From: Octopus sinensis
Lineage: Eukaryota
DNA: 64,000 bases
Assembly (NCBI RefSeq): GCF_006345805.1
Contig: NC_042997.1
Location: 69,688,001 to 69,752,000, forward strand
Direction of reading: 5' to 3'
Positions 1-15,119 of the stretch are shown in pieces (the first letter of the stretch is position 1; the number at the start of each line of letters is the position of its first letter). The notes beneath the pieces are model-generated. The model was not told where the DNA came from, ran no database searches, and worked only from the letters and a program-made list of their open reading frames with translations. The position numbers and the translations under genes are program-made.

Positions 1-106
1 TACGAAGTGTGTCTAATTTTCTCTATGAACCTGAGGCATTTGGAGCTGATCCAGCAGAAACTGGCAATCTTATGACTGAATAATAACGATAACAACAACA
101 TCAATA

Positions 107-147
<41 letters not shown>

Positions 148-245
148 GAAGAAGAAGAAGAAGAAGAAGAAGAAGAAGAAGAAGAAGAAGAAGAAAAAGA
201 AAAAGAAAAAGAAGAAGAAGAAGAAGAAGAAGAAGAGTGATGGCG
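107..245. repeat. Compound (GAT)n(GAA)n microsatellite
   Basis: Directly visible. It produces the spurious poly-M/poly-K ORF 107..448. Confidence 0.98.
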
Positions 246-502
246 GGTCTGATGATGATGATATCGTTTATCTAGACAGGCAGAGGCCAAGTGAAAACAT
301 AACGGCAAGACCGACCTCCTTTGAAGAGTTTCGTTTCCTCGTACACACATCTAATATATGTATTTATGCGACCAAAGGTGTTGATTTAACCCACCTATGG
401 TTCGAGATTCTCGCTTTTGTACGTTTCTTGAGACACACTTTTTGCTAGTACATACTTCTGTACACACACACAACACACACACATGTATATATAAGTATAT
501 AC

Positions 503-560
<58 letters not shown>

Positions 561-1313
561 TATATATATATGTTGTATGTATGTATATATGTATGTGCAT
601 ATATATAAGTATAAATGTATGTAAGTATGTATGTATGCGTGGTATGAGATATGATATAAAGAGAGAGAGGAAGTGTGTATGTATATCTATATATGTATGT
701 TTGTATATGTATATATGTGTGTGTGCATGTATATATATATATCTATCTATCTGTATATATATATATATATATATGGTGGATGGTGGTGGTGTAATTATAG
801 ACGCATGAAATTTACGAAATACTGAAAAATGGGCAGAGTCAATATGCGACAAGCACTGTACCGAGGCAGTCTCTTGTTCTTACTGTGTTATCAGCCAAGG
901 GTGAAGAACGAGTATTAAGTTATAAATTGGATAATGGTAAATAATGGATTAAGAAGGTCCGAGGAAAAAGAAAACAAATCAAAAATAAACACTAAACCCA
1001 TGAAAGCTATGGTACATTTAACGCTATAAAGTGAAGCAATTAAATACCTACACACAGAATTAATCTACCATCGACAACAGTTAATGGACAACCATTATTT
1101 TCAACATAATACCGTAAATGATAGCAGCTAATACACTCATTGAAAGATTTTCTATCAATTTGTCTGTCTTGTCTCTACTCCTATTGCTTGAGTATGTGTG
1201 TAGGTGCTCGCACACATATTCACTCAACACACACAAGCATACACACGCACACACACACATTTAATATAAATATAGTAGTTTCTGTAGAAAAATGTATAAC
1301 CCCTATCTCAATT

Positions 1314-1367
<54 letters not shown>

Positions 1368-1380
1368 TAGATAGATAGAT

Positions 1381-1441
<61 letters not shown>

Positions 1442-1504
1442 GATAGATAGATATACAGTAAAAATCTATCTATATGTATGTATGGATGGATGTATGTATA
1501 CGAC

Positions 1505-1650
1505 GTGCTTCATTCTGTTTCTGTCTACCAAACCCACTCAGAGTGCTCTGCTCGGAAATGTAGTGACAAACACTTGTCCAATGTGCCTCGCAGTGAGACT
1601 AAACTCGGAACCATGTAGTTGAGAAGCAAATTTCTTATCACACAGTCACA
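1505..1650 (-). mobile_element. SINE family B, 5' half
   Basis: Reverse complement of the family-B head (GGAACCATGTAGTTGAGAAGC..TTATCACACAGTCAC on the + strand). Confidence 0.75.
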
Positions 1651-2360
1651 TATATATGAAATAATATAATATAATATAATATAATATAATATAAATGCAT
1701 ACACAATGTATTATTTTAATGTATAAAGGAAATCGGTGAAAAGTTGTTTAGATGAAATGTATACAACAGCTTGCTTTTCTGTCAAGTGAGTGTCAAGTGA
1801 GTACAGATAAATAAGTATATTTTATAGACAGTATATTAATTCAAAATACACGATTGGTTTTTAATTGTATGAATACGAATCGATTTCTTCTCAATGTTTA
1901 GCTAGATAACATGTGTACGAAGTTTTACTGTTTTTTTTTTATTTATTACAAAACGGTTTATGAACGATTTTCCTTAATCACAATGTTACATGGAAAAGGA
2001 ATTGGGGCGCGCGGTTGTGAAATACTGTCAATGCATTTGTTGTGATGTAAACCAGAATGCGGCTATGTCAGTACAATTTAGAAGTTTACTTCGGAATTTC
2101 ACGGTACGGTTCAGGGTTTAATAACACTAGGTAGGAACATGGGCAAATATTTTCTAACATAGAACTGGGTTGCCCAAGGTCTAGTGAATGTAGTTTAGTA
2201 GATAATAACTGTGGGTAAGCTAGTCGCATGTGTGGGTAAGCTAATTATATGTGCAGACTATCGGATATAGTTAAACACCGCGGGTCACAATGCGTTCCCT
2301 CGCATTGTGATTATGCAAACTTTCGATTATGCGAGATAGAGAGAGCTGAAGAGATAGAAG

Positions 2361-2449
<89 letters not shown>

Positions 2450-3651
2450 AGAGAGAGAGAGAGAGATAGCTGGATAGATAGATAGACAGACAGACAGATC
2501 TTCTTCGTGGTATCCGACTGGCTAAAAATATCAGCTGAGTTTCCCTCAAATTACCCCATACTGTAGGGTGAATTGCACCGTTCCGGATGTGCAAAGAGAA
2601 TGGATGCTCACAGTTGGCACTGTGTTTGATCTTACGTCAACTCAATTACAGTAGACCAAATCTAAGCAAAAAATAAATCACCAAGGCACACATAAAACAC
2701 ACACACACACACACAGAGCTATGTCACATTAGAGAATCTACAACAAACAACACCTGACCAAAAAATACCAACATTATACACACCTTAAAATATGAACTCA
2801 CCAGACAATATACCACGTATAACCAAACCATACACTAACAACCACAATACGCAACTGCAATACACAACAAAATACAATGAAAATCATAACTTAAGCCAAA
2901 ACATAATTTACAAACATGCAAACCTGTAGAGAGAAAAATTGAGAAATTGTCAGCATATAAACTAAACTGTGACAAGTTGGTTCGTTTTTGATTTGTTTGG
3001 AGAATTAGGCGACACTAAATACCATACTTTTTAAGCGAGTGGTCATCTTTATCACCGTTTTCATTTGATTGTTTTTCGTCACTTCGTTTTCTTCATCGTG
3101 ACATATTGTCAGCATATCTTTCAATGTTTCCTCTTTCGTTTTCCCGTTTTCGTTTTTTTTTTTTTTTGGTGACTATTCATTCTATTTTTTTCTATATATT
3201 TCCCATCTCAATTTTCTATTCAACAATGAAATTACAGAGGTTATGAAAAAGAAAGGGAAACACCGCCCCCTCCTAAAAAAAAACAAATAAATGAAACCCA
3301 TACAAAATAGTAAAATAAATAAATGAATAAATAAGAAGGAAAATTTTGTCACAAAATACGTTTGACACCAGTAACATAAACGAGGGCAATTCCGAAATGA
3401 ATTTTACCAAGATTGAAACTAGATCTTTATTGAAATTTGAAGGAGAGTTGGAGTAGCGGGTGCGAGGAGAATGAGACATGTCAGTCTGCATTAGAGGGAG
3501 AAAAAGAAAGAAAAGAAAACAACGAAAATTACAAAGAAAAAAAAAAGAAACAGGGAGGCTTGACAAAAAGTATAAACAAACAAAACAACCTTGTGATTGT
3601 GCGGGAGCGAGCAAGCGAAAACGGGCCGAAGTGTGTATGTGCGTTTGTGCG

Positions 3652-3682
<31 letters not shown>

Positions 3683-4042
3683 TGTGCGTGCGTGGTGTGC
3701 GTGTGTATGTGTGTGTGTGTGTGCGTGTGTGTGTGCGCGCGCACGCCGCGTGTGTGTGCAACAGAGAGGAAGAGAAAGCGGGAGAGTAAAATCACTTTGA
3801 GACAGAGTTAGACAGAGAACGAGAGCGATACGATACGAGAAGACGATAGTGTGGGAAACAAGTGGTGGTGGTGGTGGGGAAGTGAGAGTACAAGAGTATA
3901 AAGCAACTAAAATAGAATAAAATAGATTTATAGCGGAAAAAGAAGGATAAAAATCTGTGTAAGTGTGGAAAGGCGGTGGTTAGGTGAGATTTTTTTTTAT
4001 TGAGAAAGTTGGTAGGGCGTTCTAAAGTCGCGAGGTAGGAGG

Positions 4043-4084
<42 letters not shown>

Positions 4085-4688
4085 GATATAAATAATATAT
4101 ATATGCATATATACTTTATAATGTGCATATGTGGGTACAGGACGTCATGAAATGTGTACAACAAAAATATACGAAGTATGAGTACATGGAATATGAACTC
4201 ATTTTTCGAACAACGAAAGACACAAATGGGAAACAAGACAACCAACATAAAGAATGACCCTTCATCAGTTGCTTTCGATAAAACAGTTGCTCCCGCAAAG
4301 CAAATTAAACAAAATTGGGATTGCGGAGAGTCAAAATTGGTAACACAAACAGGACAGTGAAAACAAACAGGAAGCCTAAACGAGGTTGTGGTAGCAAACG
4401 CGTAAATCAAGCTTGAACATGAGACAGACAAGAACACGTCTTCCTTGCTCCAGCTAAAACAGAGAGAAAGAAACAAGTTAGAAGAAAGAAGGATGGCCAA
4501 TAGTGACGTGGGAGCCACGAGAGCAAAGGAGAAGTGAGGGAAAGAGAGTGACAGAGTAATAGGATAGAATAGTGGGAGAAGAGGAGGTAAAAGAATAAGA
4601 GAGAGACAGAGAGAAAAGCGAAAGAGTAAAAATATCGTATAGAGTGCGCATCAGAATTATTAAGATAAAATTTACTTGAAGAGGATGC

Positions 4689-4726
<38 letters not shown>

Positions 4727-4727
4727 G

Positions 4728-4798
<71 letters not shown>

Positions 4799-4819
4799 AT
4801 ATTATATAATATATATAAT

Positions 4820-4900
4820 GGAGGCGGCAATGGCTCAGTGGTTAGGTAGGACGCGTGGTCATAGGATCACGGTTTCGATTCCCAGACCGGGCGTTGTGAG
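4820..4900 (+). mobile_element. tRNA-derived SINE head (not a bona fide tRNA)
   Basis: A-box TGGCTCAGTGG (4831-4841) and B-box GGTTTCGATTCC (4871-4882). I see no complete cloverleaf; it runs into (TG)n. Confidence 0.7.
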
Positions 4901-5271
4901 TGTGTGTATGTGTATGTATACATACATACATACACAAACACACTTGTGACTGTGCTTGTAAGGATAAAGAAAGAGATGCAATATAAGAAATGAGACGATG
5001 ATGATGAGGAAGAGGAGGAGGATAATGGAGAGAGCTGCTTCAACGGCGATAGTAACGATGTCGATTATGTTGATGATATTAGTGGCTGTGTTTCTGGTGG
5101 TGTTGGTGGTAGAGGTCATAGTTGTATTGGCATTGTTGGTGATAGTGAAAAGGGGAAATAGAAACAAACAATTTGACACCTTCAATATTTGATTTCACGC
5201 TCTGTTGAGTTGCTGAATATCGACTAGAACAAACACCTGAAATAGCAGAAATCCCTTCACCACTGAGGTTT

Positions 5272-5308
<37 letters not shown>

Positions 5309-5558
5309 TTTTTCTTTCTCTCTTTCTTTCTTTCTGTCTTTCTTTCTTTCTTGCTTTTCTTTTCTTTTTACTTTGCGAAACTTCGATAAAACACGTTCAT
5401 CACAAGAAACGGGTTACACACACATACAAACGCACGTATATACATACATACATACATGCATACATGCACACTCATATATGTTTGTGTGTATATATGCGCA
5501 TGTGTATGTGTATACATATATTTCATATATATATACATATATATATTATAATATATAC

Positions 5559-5592
<34 letters not shown>

Positions 5593-6339
5593 ATATATAT
5601 AATATATATACATACATACATACATATTTTCATTCATACACGCGCACAAACATACGCATGAGTGCATAGATGCTCATACTTATTGTTAAAACTATTTTTA
5701 TATGAATAAAAGTGTTGCTTAGTTAATAGAGGAAGGGGTGTGCTCATGACATCTGTAGGGTCGCTGCGACTGCTGGCGGTGGTAAATAGTAGGGTCAAAA
5801 TCCATCACTCGTAGGTTCCTGTAATACGAAGCAAAGCAATCTATTCTTAGATCGGCAACTGGTACCGGATGCTTGTAAGAAAGTGGACTTCGTAGAAAGT
5901 ACCCAAATGTCAGCTTCGTGATATTAAATCTTGCAATAGACTAGATGTACGTGATATGAAAACAGGCATAGATATTCACTCGGCTTTGGCGCGAAGCAAA
6001 TGTGTGTTGTTGCAGAGAGGACGTGAGGACATAAGGAAAGTAAACTGTAATATCCCTGAGCTTCTACGCGATCACTTGTCAGGCTAGAAATGACAGAGAA
6101 ATATCTTTGAAACCACGCATCAGCGTTTTAAAGTAAGACAGATAGGAAGGATGTCCTTCTAGGTCAAAGATTCTTAACCTGGGCTGTAACGCTTCTTCAG
6201 AGACTTTGTGAGCTTACAAGAGGAGGATAAATGTCATCATGCTTAGAAGTGGGAATCGTAATTTTATTTATCATTTTTTTATTTTATTTTATCTAGTTTT
6301 ATCCTATTTTATCCTATTTTATCTAGTTTCAGCTCACGA

Positions 6340-6540
6340 GCTGTGGCCATGAAATTAAACATTTGAATATGGTACAGTACATAGGTTTTAAAAACATTTT
6401 CAAAAGAATTTTTGCTGCGTTTAGACGAGTTAATAGTACATTAAGGTAATACGGGCAGAAATGTGTCTGATCACGCACTAAACTTGAATATAATTCCATT
6501 ACCGAAGCACTTAGATTCTTTAGTAATTTCTTCAAAAAAT
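6340..6540 (-). mobile_element. Possible very decayed CR1/L2-like LINE RT C-terminal remnant
   Basis: Minus-strand ELYSSLVR...PYY...AAKI..K.MY...KCL weakly resembles the LY.SLVRP.LEY...PY...RATK...Y...L motif. Could be chance. Confidence 0.3.
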
Positions 6541-7261
6541 AAATTACATAGGGATACTAGTACATACAAATATCTAAAAAGAGAAACCTCCTACATGGTA
6601 ATAAACCAATACACAAAAGTTGTCTGATCAAAACAATCCCTTATTTATATTCCTTTATTATTTCTTCTTTACAAAACATGATGACGGATATTGTAAAACT
6701 CCTTTCGCTGAATAACAGTCTCAAGTACACACTAGTCTCAATGAACTGTAACTTGAAAAAGAAAAAGATACAAGAGGATTAGACATGCCTTTTGTGGTAG
6801 ATTAGATTTGTTTCGATCTGGGCTTATCTGAAGCAAAATACGAAAAATAACAAGAATTAAGAATACAACGAAAAATTCCGTATGGAGTAAAGATAGAATA
6901 GGTAATTAAAAAAATAAATTATATTTTAGCTAAGATAACCACAATGCTATACATCGCAATGTGTGGGAAGGAGACATAGGCGATTAAATTGAGCTTAGTA
7001 ATTGACTGTATATTATCGACACCATTAAAATGAAAGGTGGAGCTGAGCTAGTCATTTTGCATCATTCTCTACCGACTCTGCTAATCAACTGATTTTTTTA
7101 GAAAATAATTATCATTTGCAATATAGACACAACGTCCCAGCACTTGATTGTTTTATTTATTCGACTCCGGAAGGATGTATGTTAAAGTTGATCAAGGCGA
7201 TATTCAAAGACAGAAGGTGAATTCTGTCCCATGACTACACTGACGCTGCTAATTTACTGAC

Positions 7262-7306
7262 TAAATAATAATAATGATAATAATAATAATAATATAATAA
7301 TAATAA

Positions 7307-7338
<32 letters not shown>

Positions 7339-7367
7339 ATAGTAATAGTAATAATAATAATAACAAT

Positions 7368-7403
<36 letters not shown>

Positions 7404-7443
7404 AATAATAATAATAATAATAATAACAATAATAATAATAATC
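7262..7443. repeat. (AAT)n/(AAC)n microsatellite
   Basis: Directly visible. Confidence 0.97.
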
Positions 7444-8972
7444 ATGTTCTTTGGTATAGGCATAAAATGGTGAAGTGGTTTGAGAAAGGAAAAAAAAAAA
7501 CAAATCGTAGCACGAAAGAGGATATAGAATATTTTAGTAAGAAGAAATATAAACATACATGTGTGTATGTATGTGTGTACGCATATATTTATGTATATGC
7601 ACACGCGCGTGCACACACACACATACATATACTCACACACGTACGAAATATAGCGAAACGAATATAGAAAAGTAGAACTGCAAAGAGAAATGAATCTAAA
7701 TACATTTCAAGAGGCGGAAGGAAGTTAGATTCGAGAGGTTGAAAACGGAAGCTGAAAGTGAAGGCACAAGCAAACCCCCACACAGAGCAAATGTACACTA
7801 TCAAATACATGCGTGCTTACACTGCACAGACACGCACACACACTCACCTATTCATGCAGTATGTGTCTGTACGCGTGTGTATATCCACACACATGTACAT
7901 ATATACATGAATTATTGCATATACCTATATACATACACGTGTTTACAGTTGCAGTTTGTGCTGGACTTGACATTTTATGCGGAACATTCAAAATAAGACA
8001 TCATACTAGTACACAATCATTGATGCTTTTGCTTTCGGTGTTCAATACCCGTTAAACTAGCAAATAAATAACATGTAGGGCCTAAGATTTTACTCAATTT
8101 GTTAACAAATTTTAAAATTTATTTTCTTTTTCCTTAGTAATAATGTAGATTTAGTAAATAAAGGTTCCTTACTCCGCTGAATCATGTATACTACTGCACA
8201 TTTGAGCATCAGAAACTCATGTAGCAGGTGTTCCGGGCAACCATTCCCGACCGCGAAATTTTTTCCCCCGAGAGTTCCGGACCCCAGTTATGAACTCATT
8301 TGCATGCAGCCAATCAAGCTCAACTATCAAACTAGTGTCCACCCAGTCACGAAAATACTCTGGTTGAGTTCAGTGGAAAATGTTCGTTATAACAAAATAC
8401 AATTGTCCTAAAAGTGTTCATAGGGGTGGCAAATGTGAAATTTAGTGTATAAAGTGAATGGAGAGCTGCTCACCGATGATGCCATAAGTGTTGCCAACTT
8501 GCGTAATTTATTAGAAAACGTAAATGAGTGTAGTTTCTTAATTTTTTAACTGATTTTGTATATTCCTAATTGTTGCAAACATCGTAATCAATATGGCGTT
8601 GTGTTGTACTGCGTCCTCCTTGCACATATCAAAGGGTACATGCAGTATCACAAATCTCAGTTTGAAAATAGGTACCTAATATTAGCTCCATATAGAGATG
8701 GTGCTCAATTGATCTACGAGGATGGGGGTGGGGAATGTGGTGAGACCTGCTATGGTGTATTAACAAAGTGGCATACACCATTCTATACCTGACTGGCTGT
8801 ACTCTAGTAGTACACAATATGAGGATTTTTCAAGGTGAGCTCTGATTCGCTGTATGCAAATGAGTTCATTACTAGGGACCGGAACTCTCGTGGGAAAATA
8901 TTTCGCCTCTCGGTCATTCGTTGTAGTAACAAATTTAACCGACAGTAGTTCCTTTACGAAGTGTAAGATATA

Positions 8973-9185
8973 CGAAGGAATGCTGAGAAGTTCCCGGCTT
9001 TAAGGGTATCGCTAAAGGTCTGGCTGGAGGCCAAGCCTTCCGAGTTCTCTTATAAAGGTTAAGACAACTGAAGGACTTCTGCAATAAGTGTGTGAATCTG
9101 AGAGGAATATGTCGAATAATATCATAATTAACTGATCCTCTAGTATTTTCTTTTGCCCAAAATCAGGGACTGTATCATACTTTGC
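8973..9185. mobile_element. Second, more decayed copy of the same mariner-type MITE
   Basis: TA|CGAAGGAATGCTGAGAAGTTCCCGGC..AAGGGTATC..TTCCGAGTTCT..AAGTGTGTGAATCTGAGAGGAATATG aligns with 61843-62040. Confidence 0.7.
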
Positions 9186-9214
9186 GGCCTTAAAGTTTAA
9201 AGGTAGAATCTGAA

Positions 9215-9288
9215 AAGAATAAGACGGGTAGTTATGACTGGAAGACTTTTGACCATTGGTTTACTTGATTAGGGTTGACTTGTGAATT

Positions 9289-9319
<31 letters not shown>

Positions 9320-9610
9320 GTGCAGAAGCAGTGGCAACAGCAGCAGTAGCCACAGCAACATCAATAGCAACAATGTTTAACGGATCCAATTTCAACTTGT
9401 TCATAATACTGAAAGCCAAATTAAAATATTTTTGAAGTTAAATTCAGATGTTAAGATATATAACTGTGAACCATAAAGCTCTTCTTCGGCGCTCTAGAGG
9501 CGGTCGAATGTAGCCGCTTGTTGATATTGGCGTTGTTTGTTTGGCCAGAGACCAGCTCTGTTACAGACAGACCAATGACCAAAGACGTTCTATCCATGGC
9601 TAGCCCGTTA
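9215..9610. mobile_element. Two opposite-orientation fragments of a further short interspersed repeat (9215-9285 minus, 9545-9610 plus)
   Basis: Shared ACCAATG..CAAA..CTTCCAG..ATCCC-like core. Related fragments at about 25975-26030 and 54520-54570. Confidence 0.5.
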
Positions 9611-9887
9611 ATTTAATTTAATTTAATTTTGCATGTCCCGAATCGTATTAGCTTGAGCATCATTTTCTTTTTTTACGATAACACGACTGTCGTTTTATCT
9701 AACAAAACATGCGACCACGTAGAGGTTCTCACATTGATTCACATGACAGCATATACCATACATGGCTATATGGTATGGTTGCTCTCGAATTAACCGATTA
9801 TGCTCTGTTATTCTACATACGAAATATGACAAAATGAATCAATAAATGAATGAATAAATCAATCACATTGCAATATTATGTGTTTCA

Positions 9888-10028
9888 AAGGCGGCGTGCT
9901 GGCAGAATCCTTACTGCGCCGGTCAAAATGCTTTGCGTCATTTCGTCCGTCTTTACGCTCTAAGTTCAGATTCTGATGAGGTCGACTTTGGCTTTCAGCC
10001 TTTCGGAGTCGATAAAATAGGTACCGGC
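9888..10028 (+). mobile_element. SINE family A, 5' part
   Basis: AAGGCGGCGTGCTGGCAGAATC...GAGGTCGACTTTGGCTTTCAGCCTTTCGGAGTCGATAAAATAGGTACC aligns with the other copies. Confidence 0.85.
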
Positions 10029-11196
10029 TGCTAGCCTCGTACTAAAATTTGAAACCGATATGTGTTTCTACCATTTTGATACAATACCTTATGTGCTTGA
10101 TAGGGTTTGCAAAAATTATGGGTATTCCATCATTCGACTTACTAAAATAGAAAATACTTTTATCACTTAGTCTGGAGAGAAAATAGTGCGCGTTATGCTA
10201 GGTCTACGATGCAAGTGAGCAGGCGAAAGGAAGGTATACTAAAACCGGAGCTCGACGCCAATGTTTGCAAGATAGAGGTCTCTGCTGAAAGTACCAAATA
10301 GGCTAAGACGAGAGTTAAACCAAAAAAAAAAAGAAAGAAAGAAACTGTAAAGCAACCGATGCAACACTCTAAAGATATCGCCTGTCTGCTGCGCTAGACT
10401 GGTACTTTAATTAAAGTCTCCAGGAAGATGAGATATAAAGTGGACTTCGGTGAGATTTGAACGCAGAACACAAGCATTCAAAATTATTATCGCAGAGCAT
10501 TTCATTCGACGCTGTGATGATTCAGTCAGTTTGCTACCTAAACCGAAATATGAAATGTTTACATTGTTTTTACTTTTCATCATTGTTGGCATTCGTCGAT
10601 GCTTGATTTTCCCACTTGTGTGGCTTTGATATTAGAAATGAAAAGCGTGGTTTATTTCTTTATATTTCTTAAGAGTAACCACATTACTGATAATAAAGTA
10701 ACATGAAGTCTCTTCAATTAGGAATCGAAAACTTGGTCAGTCGACGTTGTATATAAAAGCTTGTAGTCAAGCTCTCTAGCAGCTGCTTACGAATGCAACA
10801 TTCAAGGAAGTTATAACAGCTGGCCACTTGTCCTCTCCACATCGGTCAGTGAAACAAAGTAGAACCAGCTCGTTGTCAAGTTTCTACTGACCTCGATACG
10901 ACCATATTATCTATCCGGTGCCACTCTGTGAGTCATGTTTCAGAATTGCCGCGTAAACACAAAATCTGACAAAGAAGTGAAGAAACAAAGCAAGAAGGAA
11001 GGAAACAAAGAAAGGATGAATGACAGACAAATCCACCTATGTCAAGATTTATCTTTAAAGATTTGCCCTCACTTAATCTGACACACCATCATTGATAAGA
11101 GACTTCATGGACATTTTACATCCTGGTACAACGCACTGCCCTACCATTCTTTTTCATACTCTCAGTCCCACTCACACGTCATTTGCAACCATTTTG

Positions 11197-11314
<118 letters not shown>

Positions 11315-11333
11315 ATGTCTGTCTGTCTGTCTA

Positions 11334-11371
<38 letters not shown>

Positions 11372-11964
11372 ACTTTTCTATCGAAGTGTTTATTTTTCTC
11401 TCTCACTCTCTCTCTCTTTCTCACTCTTTACTTATCTACAAAATAAACTTCTCTCGAGTCCTTCGCTTCTCTCCGTGTGTTTAGCGAAGAGTAGACAACT
11501 CAGAATAAGGTAGAATGAAGTTTATCTTTGATAGTTATCAGGGTAGGTAATAACACGACAAATATTGTTTTATAATTTTTACATAACGTCTCCGTAAGAC
11601 ATCGATCTCCTGACAACCGGATCACACTCATTTACTCATTTAAGTTGCCATCTCATGCGCAACATATTCTAGGTAGCCATCCTGCATCGTCGTTTCAGAA
11701 GGTTCCAGTATATCTATTGATAATAAGTTGAATCAAAATCCATTAATCACCCTACAATTTTAATGAAGTGTAGTCAACCTCGAAATAAGCTACTGGCTTA
11801 TTAAAATCCGTAATGAATTTTATAGCATTTAAGCATTGGGTGCATTTACACTAAAGATAAAAAAATAGTCACGAATTAAGAGAGTGTGCTCATAGGTTAA
11901 CTTTATTAGGAATGACTTTGAGCAAAACAATATTCATTTTAATTTCAGCACAAAGTCAGCAGCA

Positions 11965-12133
11965 TTTGGGGCAGTGGGTAAGTTGATAACATAGACCTCA
12001 GGGCTCAACCGGAACTTATTTTATCGACCTCGAAAGGATGAAAGGCAAAATCGATTTCGGCGGCATTTGAACTCAGAACGCAAAGACGAACGAATTACCT
12101 CTAAGCATTTTACCTGGCGAGGTAGCAATTCTG
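11965..12133 (-). mobile_element. SINE family A, diverged copy
   Basis: TTATCGACCTCGAAAGGATGAAAGGCAAAATCGATTTCGGCGGCATTTGAACTCAGAAC matches the family core on the minus strand. Confidence 0.85.
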
Positions 12134-14196
12134 AAGGGTAAAACAACATTAACAATTACAAAGCTGACACATAAATATGTTACCATATACATGTGTGTAT
12201 AGATGTGTGTATGTGTGTGTTTGCGCGTGTGTGTGTGTGTGGGGGGGGGGCTCGTGTATGAGTGTGTGTGTTCGTGTGAATGTGTGTACGATGAAGGAAA
12301 TCATTCAATAAAAAGTTAATCTTTAACATCTTTGTCTATTGTCCGACACGCAGACTCAGTTACAGGTCATTGACTTATCTCACGCTTTCACATTAATCTA
12401 CATTTTCATATCCCGAGACAAATACACAAATACACATAGACATATATACACATTCACATACTACACTTACACATACACATACATAAACATGCATACGTAC
12501 ACACATATACACGTATACACGTGTACATACACACACATACATACATACATACATACATACATGCATGCATGCATGCATGCATGCATACATACATACATAC
12601 ATGCATACATGCATACATACATACATACATACATACATACATACATACATACATACATACATACATGCATGCATACATAAACACATCGACATGCCCATCG
12701 GTGTTCTTTGACCAATTCCACCTGGAGTGTAACACGTTACTTCTTCCTTGTTTCAAGTTTCGTTTCCTGCTATTGTTGTTTTTAATGTCATTGTTTCTTT
12801 GGAAGTATTTATTCTAAGTAGGCTGAGGTTAATGGTAATGTGTATAGTCATGGATTATGGTATTTATAATCATTTCCTCATTGTTATTCTTCCCTTTTCC
12901 CCATTTCATCCTTTGATACTTAATCTGTTTAGATTAGATTTACAGGCATACACACGCGCGTGTACGCTCACACACACACACACCACACACACACACGCAC
13001 TCACACACATGTGCACACACACGCTGTCGTTGTTTGTGTCTCATAGCTTAGAATAGGCATGAGCAACCTTTTACCAGAAGCAGTCGCCCGAGACATGTCT
13101 CATCATCAGGAGAAACGTGCGAATAATATATTCAAGTAATTTTTCGTTAGAAGTGCTATTTTGAATGTTTCGCGGGCCATAGCTTGCGAATGACTGGCTT
13201 AGAATTTCGATATATAGATATCAACAAAATAAGTTCAAGACTTAAAAATACTCTTCGGGGATCACATTAGCGTCATTAGGTGGGAGACTAAACCAGGACG
13301 TTTTCATTAGGGCAGCAATTTCGGGTATGTTTTTGTAAGGCTGTAAAGGCTTCGTGGGCCTTGAGTGATGAGAATTGACACACTGAAGATCTGCTCGGGG
13401 CAAGAGACACCATATCTATACCACTGCGGGTTAGTAGAGATCTTTGAAGGCGCAGGGTGCTACAGCACGGGGACAGTTCAATAACTGAAACTAGAAAAAT
13501 AATGAATAATTACTTTCATTCACACATCCATCAATCCATCATCCACTTATACATATATAAATGTATATACACCTTTGTATATATATACACTCCCTATGCA
13601 CAAACATACACATATATAAAAGACTATTCACAGACATACACATATATCATTATCATTATATCTATCTCTGGGAGAAGACGCATTTCGTGTACACGTGAAA
13701 TGATTTACTGATCGTTAGTCTGGAATCTTTTCTATGTTTATCGTCCTCGTGATTCTCGATTTAATAGTTGATCGAAACTATTACCTAAAGTTTCCTAGTT
13801 ACCCAGAACTAGAACCGCGTACACACCAGATCATCCAGGCATGTAACCAGTTATAAACCGACCTTCTATACGAGAAGAGATTTATATCAGTTTAGCGCCA
13901 ACAAACCAGAACTAATCACCGTCTATTAAAAGAGCTTTATGGCTTAAGCGGTATTTCATTTTGACGTAGCCCTTTCAGTCTGAAGTGGGTAGGCGTAAGA
14001 GGTAGAAGGTCGGCAAATTAATGATAAATTGTTAAAATGTTGATTTGTTCTATTTACTTGATAGACTGGATCGGGTCACAAATTAAAGTGAGGCAAAGAG
14101 AGAGGGGGAGCGTTTGTATGTACGAGACAGGGTGATAGATAGGCAGATTGACTGAAAGATAGATAGATAGACAGACAAAGAGACAGACAGACAGAC

Positions 14197-14255
<59 letters not shown>

Positions 14256-15087
14256 CAGGAACAATGAGGGTTCAATACGAAATAAAGAACATTAAACTAC
14301 ATATAATCCTGAAAGTATTTTAGTATTTTTCAAATACAAGAGAGCGAACACACCCACACACACGCACACACACACATACACACACACACACACACACACA
14401 TACACACACACACGCACGCACGCACGCATACACACCACACACCCTTTTTTCGAACAGTGTAACTCGGAGCAGATAAATTATTTCATGCTCACTCGCAGTT
14501 TTTTTTGCTATGATATCAACGATGTGTGTGTGTGTGTCGATCTACAAATAGATAAACAGATTGAGATATGTACGTGTGTATGTATGTATGTATGTATGTA
14601 TGTATGTATGTATGTATGTATGCTTGTATGCATGTGTGTATGTATATATATATGTTTATATGTATGCATATCTGTATATGTGTTAATAATATTTTTTATT
14701 ATCTGTTTTTGCCTTGTATTGTGTGATTCATTGTGATGATATTGCCTACAAGTGGTCACATTTCAAAAAGTTCTGTTGTGTCGCAATGTGAAACAAATAG
14801 CATAGTCAGGCGAAATATTAAGTACATTCAATCGCACTCCAACGGCAAATGAAACTGAAAATTAAAGGCAGACAAAAGTATATACAAGCAAATAACAAAA
14901 TATATGATAAAAGAAAGGTTCCAACTCTGGAGAATATCAAAATGTGACACTTCTAGTTTTGCAGCTGTTTTATCACCTGGGGATAAATTATATCGACATG
15001 GATACACACACACGCACACATAAAATAGAGTTAAATACGTATATACATAATGCATATATAAATACACACACACACACACACACACAC

Positions 15088-15119
<32 letters not shown>

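Noticed and set aside
3273-4518. ORFs 3273..3761 and 3997..4518 (162-173 aa, minus strand) as protein genes
   Set aside because: Largely low-complexity or microsatellite-derived with no recognisable domain. The region is reported only as a promoter-like island.
4497-4519. CCAAT...CCACG resembling an ER-stress element (ERSE)
   Set aside because: The spacer is 13 nt, not the required 9.
4820-4900. Possible tRNA gene
   Set aside because: Only A- and B-boxes are recognisable. There is no full cloverleaf or acceptor stem, and similar heads occur in SINE copies.
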